Assembly (NCBI RefSeq): GCF_009914755.1
Contig: NC_060925.1
Length of the DNA stretch: 64,000 nucleotides
Source: the human T2T-CHM13v2.0 reference genome, Homo sapiens
Reading direction: 5' to 3' (one strand)
Both the position numbers and the translations under genes were made by a program. This document shows, piece by piece, positions 53,231 to 64,000 of this stretch (position 1 is the first letter of the stretch; each line of letters starts with the position of its first letter). A model generated the notes under the pieces. The model was not told the DNA's origin. It ran no database searches and saw nothing but the letters and a program-made list of their open reading frames with translations.

Positions 53231-53466
53231 CTCCACTTCAGCACTCTGCCCTTCCAGGGCCTACTCCAGCTGCAGGATGTTCTGCTAATGAGTTTGGATC
53301 ATTCCATAAAGTATCTTCTTTTCCATGTCTTCATCTATTCTTTTCCTAAGAAGCAGACCATGCAAGGTCACAGATCTTGGAATGTCACACTTGTCACTAT
53401 AACTCCATTCGATCATTGTGTCCTGCACATCAGCAGCCCTCCACACATAGGCTTAAAGGATGATGT

Positions 53467-53777
53467 CGCTGAGCACAGTCGTTCAAGCTTGTCATCCCAG
53501 CACCTTGAGACGTGCTGGGATGTGCTAAGGCAGGAGGATTGCTGGAGCCCAGGAATTTGAGATCAGTTTGGGCAATATAGCAAGATCTTGTCTCCACAAA
53601 ATATTTTAAAATTAGCCAGGTGTAGTGGTCCACACCTGTAGTCTCAACTACTCAAGAAGCTGAGGTAAAAGGATCACTTGAGCTCAGGAGTTTGAGGCTG
53701 CAGTGAGCTATGATTGTGCCACCGCACTCCAGCCTCGGTGACAGAGTGAGACTATCTATTTAGAGAGAGAGAGAGAG
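53467..53777 (+). mobile_element. AluJ with a (GA)n tail
   Basis: Divergent dimer with J diagnostics ggagtttgaggctgcagtgagctatgat. Confidence 0.9.
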
Positions 53778-54962
53778 ATGCTACAAATCCTTTGTGATGA
53801 TCCATGCTGGATATAAGGGGATTGACTAAGTGTTGGTTTGAGATTTCAGTTCTTTCAAATGTTTGAGAAAGAGGCACAGACCTGGGATGGATGTATACAT
53901 TGAGGAACAGCCTAACACCACCAACTCCCAAGAAACTAGAGTTCAAGCAAGTGACAAGGGCAGGAGCTGGTCATAGTAATGCTTATGTCACTCTGATTTG
54001 ACGATATGACATCACAATGCTGTGACCCAAGGAAACTTTGAGTAAGCTAGTTACCTGTCACATTGTTCCCTGTATTTCCCTTAAACAGGTCTCTCTCTGA
54101 CCCTCAGGTACTTTTAAAATACACATTCTTCGTTTCTCATCTTCTAAGAACTTATAGTGTAAGATAATTTATAGTGTAAGATAATATAGTGTAAGACAAA
54201 AAGGATATAAGGATATACAATTTCAATAGTTTTTCTTCTCTTCTTTTTGTCTCTGTTTTGGGAGCAGGTAATAAAAGTAAAAATAATAATAACAATAATA
54301 AGACTTGTGGGAAACCTGACTCGGAGCAGCTAGTCATGGATCTCAGTGTGAATAACGAAGTTCCCTGGCTTACGTCTGGTTGTTGGTGTAGCCATGCCTT
54401 TATACGGTTTCATTTTTCTAGAATGCATTTACCACCTTTTTTCACCTGGTATCTCACCAGTTAGTCAACAGAGTCTGCTCCTCCACGGCGCTCCGTGTCA
54501 GGCCTGGCGCCACCCCGTGCTCCTGCACTGTCCTCAACCTTCCTCTGCCAGAGCCTGCACCACACACAGCATCGCATCCTCTGTTCGCTTCTTTGTCTCC
54601 TCTCCTCCTCAGTGAGATCCTCGAGAGTGGTGCAGTGTCTTACTCTTTGTCTCCACAGATATTGGCAGAGTACCTGGCATATGATTACACTCAATTATGA
54701 TGAACTGAACTGCTCAAGGAAAGAGTTGGTGGAACAACTTTAAGCCTAAGAATGCACGGATATATTATGCAGTCTGGAGGATATCAAATAAGTACTGTCT
54801 GTGCCTTCTTTTCCCCAAAGCAAACCATTCCCATATCAAGAATTCTGGGGTAAGGATTTGCCCTCTTTTTAAGCTGACAAATCCCAGCATATGTCTCTAA
54901 TGCACAAGTGGGATATGACTGAGAGCTCTAAGAGATCAAAGCTGTTAAAAATTGATTTTAGT

Positions 54963-55293
54963 GGCCAGGGGTAGTGGCTCATGCCTGTAATCCCAGCACT
55001 TTGGGAAGCTGAGGCGAGTGGCTCACTTGAGGTCAGGAGTTCGAGAGCAGCCTGGCCAACATGCCAAATCCCAGTCTCTACTAAAAATACAAAAATTAGC
55101 TGGGCAGCATGGTGGCATGCACTTGTTGTCCCAGCTACTCAGGGGACTGAAGCAGGAGAATTGCTTGAACCTGGGAACCAAGAGGCTGCAGTGAGCCGAG
55201 ATCACGCCACTGCACTCCAGCTTGGACAACAGAGCAAGACTCCGTCTCAAAAAAAAAAAAAAAAAAAAAAAGAGAGAGAGAGAGAAAAGAAAG
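54963..55293 (+). mobile_element. AluS (Sz/Sx-like)
   Basis: Full dimer with an A/(GA) tail; TSD aaaattga(tt/cc)ttag at 54948-54961 and 55294-55307. Confidence 0.95.
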
Positions 55294-55494
55294 AAAATTG
55301 ACCTTAGAAATGGAAAGAAACATACAAAGTCAACAGAGGTACTTTGATCCACCAAGGAAGAAGTCTGAAAGGAGACCTGGAAATAGGCAGGAATCCAGAG
55401 AGTATTGTTTTGGTATTAGAAGTTCTCAAGAAGAGAAGCCATGGGCCATGAGCTCTTTTAAAAGTGGGAAGTTAGAAAACTAAGGCCTTGGTGG

Positions 55495-55625
55495 TAGGGT
55501 TACCAGATTCAGCAAGTAAAAATATGAGATGGCTAGATAAACTTGAATGTCAGATAAATTTTTAAAAAATTTTTCTTTTGTCAGTATGTTCCACAGGGTA
55601 TCTTGTGTTTTATCCAGCAACCCTA
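55495..55625. mobile_element. MER53 (hAT MITE), internally deleted
   Basis: Inverted ends tagggttaccagatt...tatccagcaacccta; interior aaacttgaatgtcagataaa. Confidence 0.75.
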
Positions 55626-56749
55626 CCTGGGGGAGAACTTCTGGGAATGTATCCAGAATAACTTAACACTGGGAGTTGACTACCAATTCCAGGTTTCTCA
55701 TGGAAGAAAATATTTATCACTGTTCCCTATCCAAAGTGGTGGAATGAACAAGAAGAAATGGGGTCAAATCAAAGACTGAGAGTTCATTTGGATATTCACT
55801 AAACCCCTCTTATGTCCTAGCACTTCAATAAAAATTATTTCAAACATCTCCCAAAATTCTGAAATGTATAAGTTGTATCACTTAATGTCAAGGTAGTTGA
55901 TGCTCAAAAAGCTAATAGGTGACGGAGGCAAGAATTTCCAGCCACTCCATCTGGCTCCAAAGTCATCCCTGGGTTACCGCTGACTTTCCACTATCCCCTC
56001 TCCTTTCACATCTCTGTACCTTTCCTGAACTCTGAGATCTGCCTTCTTGTTTGGAAAATAAAGACATCATGTTCTTGTTTAGGAAAAGTTTTATTTCAGG
56101 AAAAAAAAGTCCTGGGTGCATTTTATAGAGTGGGTCAAATAAGGTCTGGTGCCAGGAGAGCGCTATGGCACATCCCTAGACCCCCACGGTTCTTACTGCT
56201 ATCCTAATACTTCATGCCTGTGCCTACTTGAAAGAAACCACTTGGGAACATTTTTTACTTTCCTTCAAGTTTCAAAATTCCTTGAGAAAAATAAAACTTA
56301 AGCTCTTATAAATAATTTAACACACTCCAAAAGTTATAGACAGGGCCTTCCTGTGTACCTAAGAAGGTAGTAGCATACAAGGAGTGAATTCATGTTACCC
56401 AAGGGTCTTTTCCCAAACCTCTTCCTGCTGGCTCCAGGGGGAGAGAAAACCTGTCTATTGTTTTTGAATTCCTAAAGCCTGGCACACTGCCTGGGACACT
56501 GCTGATGCTCCATATATATTTGTGGGTATGAACTGTCTCAATACTCAGGTGTCCCAAATTGCATTCATTCTTTTAATTTTGGAGTTTAGCCTGTACATGA
56601 AAAGAACAAAAATTATCCACATGCTGACCTGAAAGAGTTCTGAGCTTTTTCCAGAAGGCAGGAAGGTGGGGGAACAGTCTCTTAAGAGTTAGGAGAATGT
56701 CTTACAGACACATCCAACAGACGGGCTGAAAAGGGTGGGCGCCGAACCT

Positions 56750-56950
56750 GATTGACAGGTTGAAAGCCCCAGCCTGCTACTTTTTGGCTGGTGGCCTTAG
56801 GCAAGTAACTTAGCCACATTATTTTTGCCTCATTTTCTTCACTCGTAAATGGCATCAGTAACAGTACCTCCTTTACCAGTTTGTCTTAAGGATTAAAGAA
56901 GAATCTTAGAACAGTACCTGGCTCATAAGTGCTCAAATGAATGCTAACTA
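56750..56950 (+). mobile_element. MIR SINE
   Basis: gtggccttaggcaagtaacttagcc...tgcctcattttcttcactcgtaaatgg...cttagaacagtacctggc. Confidence 0.8.
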
Positions 56951-57576
56951 TAGCTTTTCCCAAGGAGAAGATCAAACTGAAGTCATCTTCAGAAAATATT
57001 CTCAACTTTGAATGAAAGCAAAATTTTGATGTTTGAAATGTGTCTCTTTAACAGTCAACACAAATGACTAAAATTTGGAACTTTAGGAGGAAGACGGAAA
57101 AGGAGACAGTAAAATGCAGGAGAATATTAGTGCCCCCCAGGCTGGTGGCTGCTGCCTGCTCCATGGTGCCCCCAGGCTGGAACTCCTATATCTGTCTCTC
57201 TGCACACTTACCTGGTTAGATAGCACTGTTGGTGTCCTGGGTGTGTGCCTGGCACTCATTTGTGAGTTCCTGAAGGTCAAGGCTTAGAATCTTCTTCACT
57301 GTGTTTCTAAAACCCTACATGGAGCTAGGCATGTTACAACAGGCTTATAATTTGTTATTTTATTCATTCAGCCAAGGTTTTTTATTTTTTTAGCTTAGGT
57401 AATTTGTGTCAGGCCCTGAGCTAGGTGTGGGGAATAAAATAATGAGCACCCGGACACACAGCTTTTAAGGCATCTTAGGAGACTGGGAGTGATACAGGAT
57501 GGCTCTCACCCTCTCCTGTCCCTCTCCTCTCTCAGGGCTTGACTACCATCCCCTACCCCACCCACCCCCCTCCACA

Positions 57577-57580
<4 letters not shown>

Positions 57581-57617
<37 letters not shown>
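57581..57617. repeat. (CA)18 microsatellite
   Basis: Seen directly. Confidence 0.95.
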
Positions 57618-57619
<2 letters not shown>

Positions 57620-57840
57620 CACTACCACCATCAGGAAGCCTTCCTGGCTTGATGCCAATTTAAATTACAAATACATGTTCATTTGTGCATGCTTGGCTCT
57701 CAAATTCTACAAATCAGAACAGGATTAAGATAAGTCTTGAGAGGAGCAACTCAAGGTGTGTCTACAGCACCTTCCCACTAAAGCCATGAATCTCCCTAAA
57801 GTTTGTCTCCTTGATTCACCCACAAATGCAGATCAACCAC

Positions 57841-58247
57841 TAACAAGGACTCCCTCCTTGATCAAACTTTAGTCAGGCTCATCTGAGCTCCTTGGCTAGG
57901 CCTCGTCCTTGGCCTGCTGAGCCAAGTTGTAGCAAAGAATCTTGCTAAGCCAGTGTATGGAGAATCTCCTTCACCCTTGATACCTTGACATCCAATCAAT
58001 CTCTTCTTCCTCCATCCTTAATATCTAATCAAGTTCCTTTCCTCCCACATATCCCCAACCCTTAATTCCTAGCCAAGTTCCTCTTAGCAATTTTCCATGC
58101 ACTTCCTCAACCTACCATTTTGCTATAAATTTCCACTTGTCCCTGTTGTATTCAGAGTTGAGTTCAATCTCTCTCCCCATTGCAATAGCCTTGCATAAAG
58201 TCTTCCTCGCCATTTTTATAAAGCATCTGAATAATTGCTCTTTAATG
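57841..58247 (+). mobile_element. MER31-type ERV1 solo LTR
   Basis: ctccttgatcaaactttagtcaggctc...tagcaaagaatcttgctaag...ttcagagttgagttcaatctctctcccc...ataaagtcttcc. Confidence 0.8.
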
Positions 58248-59774
58248 CTGCCTTCCCTTTGCCTGCCAGGCCCTCAGCTCAGTCTTGAAGACACAGCAGA
58301 AAAAGGGGTGGCTCCCACCTGACTCAGGAGGACCCCCCTTCTACAGAGTGCACCACCTCTGCCTAGCTACTTGGGGGGCAAAGCCAGGTGCTGTGTGTTT
58401 ACATTCCCTGCTCCATCCTGTGCCACTCTATTGTGGTTGAGGATGTTCAGGGATCCCCAGTCAAATGTACTGTTCCGTTCCCAAATCAACCCAGTTTCAG
58501 GAGGAAACAGAACAATTCAATAGAAGAATCCAGAATAAAGTTAGAAATTGTTTCTTCCTCTTCACACCTTTACATCATAATCTTGAGTGTTACTGCCTCA
58601 ACCCAAAAGTCAGAAGTTTGACTACAGAACTTACTTGTTGTAGCAGCTATTAACATCCGAAGTAACTCAGTGGCAGTGCTTTGTACACTATGAAGCAAAG
58701 GATTCTTGTTATTTTTATAATTGGTGGCCCTCACAACCGTACACTGTAGACATCCAGCTCTCCCATGTCCTAAAATCCTTTTGCTTTTTCCTGAGGAAAA
58801 ATCCAAATATCCAAAAATTCACCACTCCAGTAACTCTCTTCCTTCTTCAAAAAGTCCCCCATTTTTTATTCTCCCAAGGGACCAAGGGAAGGGGGACAGA
58901 AGGTGGAGCTAGGGATGGAATATGGACGGTAAAAGATGTGGCATCTGTGGGGTTGCTGTCTCTGCCCCTGGCACTGTCCCCCTTCTGCAGGGTAGAGCCA
59001 TCACATGCTACAGGATGAATTCCATTATCTTATAGGGCAAGAAGTTTTACCAAACAATTCCCCAGCATGTTCCCTTGAAAGCCCTGCAGAGTATGAAGCC
59101 TCTGTTATATCCAGAAACCTGGGAATAGGAGGCAAAAAGGACAGTTCAGGGGAGTGTGCACTGGACCATGGCCTGAGCACACAGGCTACAAAGATTTCTT
59201 CCCCTGAAACTGTGGGGCCTCTGGCTCAATGGGCAAGAGGAGAAGGGTTTGATTCTTGCCTTGGCTTTGGTGTGCCAAAGCAAGGACAGTGAAAGTCAGA
59301 CAGTGAAAGGACCAGGGGAAAGAAAGAGGCTCAGGCCAGAGTTCCAGACCAAGCCTATTCTCCACTCACTGCGACTGGCCAGGGGGCACTCAAGGGGGTA
59401 CTCCCTGTAGGACACATCAGCAAGGGCCACTGGGCTCTGCCTCAATAGGCCTTTGGGTCCCATCTGCAGCATCCCCCTTTGCTGATACAAGTGTTGGGTC
59501 ACCTCCAGGTCACTGTTTGGTCCGTGTGATATCCTCGACCATCTACTGTTGAGCACTTTACCCAGGAGCTTAGGATCCTCCTTCTGTACCAGGAATTCCT
59601 TCTCTCTTACTGGCTTTTCCTTCTGAAAACTGTCCGCAATTTCATCCTTTCTGAATATTTGGACTGTGTCTAGAGTTCGGTTTGCAGGAACTTACCTTTG
59701 TGTCATCACTAAAAGGGAGACACCTTCTTATGTATCTATTTCTACCCTTATACTCTGGGAATCCTCACAGCAAG

Positions 59775-59945
59775 CAGAATTCTGTCTCTACTTGTTACTA
59801 GTTATTTAACTTTTCTAAGCCTTAGCTTCCTCAGCTATAAGATGGGAATAATATTGTTTTACAGAGCTGTTTTAAGAATATATATCAAAGAACTTAGCAT
59901 AGTTAAGAACTTAGCATATCCCCACAGATATCCAGAAGATGTTAA
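59775..59945 (+). mobile_element. MIR SINE
   Basis: gttatttaacttttctaagccttagcttcctcagctataagatgggaataata. Confidence 0.75.
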
Positions 59946-60994
59946 TTGACTCAGCTCCTTCTTCCTGGTGGTGACCACCTTCTGGAGTGTGTGATTGGAG
60001 GCCTTCCAGAGACGACCCTGGAGCATATCACATAGATACTGGCAGGCTCTCTGGCACCATCAATTTACACATATCAGTCTGTGGGCAAGTTCACAGATTT
60101 CCCAGGGATTTTATGTTCCAGTTATTCTGCATTATTCTCATTTATTTTATATAATAGTACACATTTAAGAGAAAAGTGGTGGGTGAAAAATTTTATTGAA
60201 TTTATTTTATTGTGACCCAGATAAGTAGGAAAGGATTGTTTTATTTGAGCCTTCATAACTTTAATTTCCAACACTAATAATATTCTTGTTACACATTCTT
60301 ATGGGAAACTTATATTTACATAGACAGATATCCCCAATGGCAACAGAAGTTTTCTTTGATGTCCCATTTGTCTAACATGTGCATATAAGCACACGCATAT
60401 ATTTTCATTTCTATTTTCACAGCTTTATTATATAATCATCTAAGTTATGTATTTCAAATGGTTAGAAAACCAAGGTGCTGCCTTTTGTGGGTAGCCCCAC
60501 CACATGCATGGGGAGCGAAGAAGGTTGAGAGGCTCCACCCTAGCTGGCTCTGCTCCTGGCTCTCCTGGAAGACTGAACCCTGGAGCCTGCAACCCACATC
60601 TCAAGGTGGACTTAGGCCGTGGCACGTTAATCCTCCAGTCATCTGCACCCTCAACCTTGGAGGCTTAGCATTTGTCTTTTTGCTTCACGGTTGAATTCAA
60701 AATCAATAAGATGTGATGGAAATGCTTGGACCACTGGACCGAGGAAGTTTTCCAAGACCCCGACATGAATTTCCCCACATCGGACAAGATCAAAACAAGG
60801 TGGTCCTATGAAAGACCATTTGAGGCCAGCTCCTGAGTTTCCTGTTTCCCATTATAGAGAAATTTTGGGAAAGCCTTTTCACAGGAGATGGAAGTTGAGG
60901 CAGGATTTAAAATACATGTAGAATTTGGATAATCGAAGGGAAGGAAATAGCATTCCAGGCTGAGGTTTGGAAAAAATAATTGAATAATTCAATG

Positions 60995-61885
60995 TGTAAA
61001 CCTAAAATAAAATCCTAAGCCCCCAACTGACTGAACAGACTTCTTCTGGGCCATGGGAAACCTGAAAAATTGAATTCCCATCCATGACAAGAAGATAGGA
61101 CAGACATACCTTGATATGCTCTCCTGCCTTTTGGAGTTTAGGCACAATGGATCATAACTAATATTAAAATAGAGATCACAAGACTGATAAAGACTCTTTG
61201 TGACAATAAGATACAAAATTTCAGTATGATTCTGGTATAGCATCACATGACAGATAGCAGGCTGTGAAGGAAATCAAAATTTTTTACCCCAAAACATATT
61301 TCTTTGACATATTTTGAAATGGTCCTGCAAAGCCACCTCTTGTGGGGAAAATTTGCATCTGTAGAGCATCTCTCCCCATTTATAGGTCTTTCTGGATCCA
61401 GGAGAGATCAAACTAACAGTCTGACACCTTTTAAGATACAAAAAGAGACACTTATCATCTATCTATCTGAAACCTGCTACTTAGAGGCTTCATCTATATA
61501 GCAAGAACCTCAGCTTCCACAACCCCCCTTATCTTAACTCAAGCATTTCTTTCTACTGTCTCCAACTCTTTAGGCAAAGCTTAACTATTTCAATCAATTG
61601 CCAATCAGAAAATCTTTGAATCTATATATGATCTGTAAGGCCTCACTTGGAGATGTCCCATCTTTGTAGGCTGAACAAATGTATATCTTGCATGTATTAA
61701 TTTATTAATATGTCTTTGCCTGTAATTTCTATCTTCCTAAAATGTATAAAATCAAGTTGTAACCTGACCACTTTGGGCACACTTTCCAGGACATTTTGAG
61801 ACCATATTCCAGGGCATGGTTACTTATATTGGCTCAGAATAAACCTCTTTAAATATTTTAGACAATTTGATGTTTTTCATCAACA
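60995..61885 (+). mobile_element. MER4D-type ERV1 solo LTR (~890 bp)
   Basis: TG...CA ends; perfect 4-bp TSD aatg at 60991-60994 and 61886-61889; start tgtaaacctaaaataaaatcctaagccccc; AATAAA near the 3' end. Confidence 0.9.
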
Positions 61886-62589
61886 AATGCTTGATAACTA
61901 GTTTAGACTCTTACCTTATCTGCCCAGCTCATACTATGATAAAAGCCTTAGGAAAGAAGACAAAGTTTATCCTAAACCTTTATTCTCTATTCCCCTAAAG
62001 CACCTACCTCAAGTCTGGACACATAGCGAGTTCCTAATAAACATTATTAATTATTGCTCTCAACATCACTGTGTGAAACATATATAGGCACAGAAGGCTG
62101 GATTTTGTGATTACCCATAAAGAGTGCTTAGTTGTTATGTAAAATGAATAATGTGAACATGCTGAAACATAAGAGGATCAAATTATGCCCTAACCACTGC
62201 CTGTTCGCAAGTGAAAACCAGCGAAAATGGGGATGACTCATCTTAAATCCACCATCAAATGAACAGTGTTTCTCCATTTTCAAAGCACCACTTGGGAATT
62301 AGAGTCAAGATAGATGAACATATTCAGACTCTATATGAACATAACTGGAGGACAGGGGCTACCAAAATTGAAGCTAGTAAACTGTATCTGGAACACTCTT
62401 GCTGTTTCTGGTGGTGTGGATAACATGTGCTATTAGCACAGGGGTCAGTTTCCACTGTAACCAGGACCTGCCCAGAAAACTTAATCTCATCAGAGTTCAG
62501 GCCTAGTCTAAGACACACTGTCCTAACACACAGTGCCCCTGTCTCCTTACAAGGACAATCTTTGAAAATGCTCCACAAATTAATAATAA

Positions 62590-62800
62590 TAACAACTTCT
62601 ACTCTCCATTGAGTACCTCACTATGTGACTGTCTACGCTTCTATGCATTTAGGTGCATTTCCTCATATAAGCTTGTCAGCAGCCCTCTGATGTGGATATC
62701 AGGAGATCCAGTTTGTAGATTGAGAAACTGAAGCTTAGAGAAGACAAGCAGTTTACCCAGTTTGCCCCTTAGCATCCTGCTTCCAAATCCATGCAACCAA
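62590..62800 (-). mobile_element. MIR SINE
   Basis: cattgagtacctcactatgtg...gagaaactgaagcttagaga. Confidence 0.65.
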
Positions 62801-63052
62801 CCATTAATCTTCCTCTGCTCTCTGCCCACTTGGACACCAGAGTCCAGGCAGCCAGTGTAGAAAAGGCCTAAACTTTATCTCCCTGCCTTTCCTTCATCTT
62901 TATCTTTCCTGAGGATCCATATAGGAAACAGCGAGCTAGAGAGTTAAGCCTGGGCTTAGATGCCCCAGCAGGGAGCAGTTAGGGTGAGCAGTTATTTCTG
63001 ATCTTTTCTGTGTTCTCTGCAGGTAAAGGCCTAGCATCTCATGATTTAGTGT

Positions 63053-63239
63053 GGTGGTTCTCAAAGTATGGTCCTGGAACAAGCAACATCACCATCACCT
63101 GGGAGCTTGTTAAAAATGCAGAATCTTGGGCCATAACCCAGATATACTGAATCTGAAATTCTGGGGACAGAGCCCATTAATCTGCATTTTTAAAGCCCTC
63201 CAGGTGATTCTGTTGCACACTAAAGTTGGAGAACCCCTG
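63053..63239 (+). mobile_element. MER5A
   Basis: gtggttctcaaagtatggtcc...atcacctgggagcttgttaaaaatgcagaatc...ctaaagttggagaacccctg. Confidence 0.9.
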
Positions 63240-63385
63240 TTCTTCACTAACTATTGTTTAGAGGAATAACAAAAAAAAAAAAAAAAAAAAGGAGAAAGAA
63301 ATTAGCACTGAAGCCAGTAGAATGCAGAAGGTTGGGATTTTCAAAACCAGTCTTGTAGCTGTCATATTTAGAATCACAATATCCT

Positions 63386-63693
63386 ATCTAGGCACAGTAG
63401 CTCATATCTATAATCTCAGCATATTAGAGGGCTGAGGCAGGAGGATTGCTTGAGGCCAAGAGTTCAAGACCAGCCTGGGCAGCATAGTGAGACCTAGTCT
63501 CTAAAAACAAAAATAAAGATAATTAGCTGGGCGTGGTGGCATGTGCCTGTAGTACCAACTACACAGGAGGCTGAAGTGGCAGGATAGCTTAAGCCCAGGA
63601 GTTTGAAGCTAGACAGTGAGCTATGATCATGCCAGTGTATTCCAGCCTGGGCGACAGAGCAAGACCCTGTCTCTAAAATGAATAAATAAATAA
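63386..63693 (+). mobile_element. AluJ
   Basis: Full dimer; TSD aatcacaatat(c/t)ct at 63372-63385 and 63694-63707. Confidence 0.92.
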
Positions 63694-63754
63694 AATCACA
63701 ATATTCTAACACTTAAAAGATAAAAAATAAATTCGAGGCTTTCTAACATAAAGT

Positions 63755-63880
63755 GTTCATTTCACACTAGAGAAAACTGAGGCCCAGAGAAGCAAAACAT
63801 GTTGTCCCTTGTCACACAGCAAGATTGTGGCAGAGCTTTACAGCAGAACCCAGGCCTCCCCTTTCCAGTTCTAAGTTATC
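63755..63880 (-). mobile_element. MIR SINE
   Basis: agaaaactgaggcccagaga...gtcacacagc...gtggcagagc...agaacccaggc. Confidence 0.8.
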
Positions 63881-64000
63881 TTCTGCAATCCAACTTGCCT
63901 TCCAATGTCCAAATACACCCTCAATAATTCTGGCTGCTCCCATATCTGTGCTTATAACTGTCTGATAGTCTATGCATGGGGAAAAAAAAAAAACTTTCTC

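Noticed and set aside
62233-62241. AP-1 site ATGACTCAT (and other TGASTCA hits)
   Set aside because: A 7-mer is expected several times by chance in 64 kb; there is no independent support.

Overview
Primate (human-like) genomic DNA: AT-rich, CpG-depleted, with no CpG island and no recognisable protein-coding exon, RNA gene or prokaryotic system. Well over half the window is interspersed repeat: Alu J/S/Y, MIR, L2, L3, old L1M, a 6.7 kb L1MA3-like copy, a full-length but dead L1PA7-like copy, a near full-length Tigger1 split by a 5'-inverted L1PA, MaLR and ERV1 solo LTRs, and MER DNA-transposon fossils. There is also a short processed-mRNA 3'-UTR retrocopy. Subfamily names come from recalled consensus sequences, not from a search. 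I found no new gene system. The most unusual signals are structural. (1) A ~1.3 kb complex insertion in L1MA3 is made of a >1 kb alternating purine-pyrimidine minisatellite plus three inverted copies of the element's own downstream sequence. (2) A 65-bp direct duplication flanks the full-length L1PA7, with a fold-back hairpin at its 5' junction. (3) Several small snap-back inverted micro-insertions sit inside unrelated repeats. (4) Two perfect microsatellite palindromes lie back to back. (5) An old local duplication carries MER94 together with its flanks.
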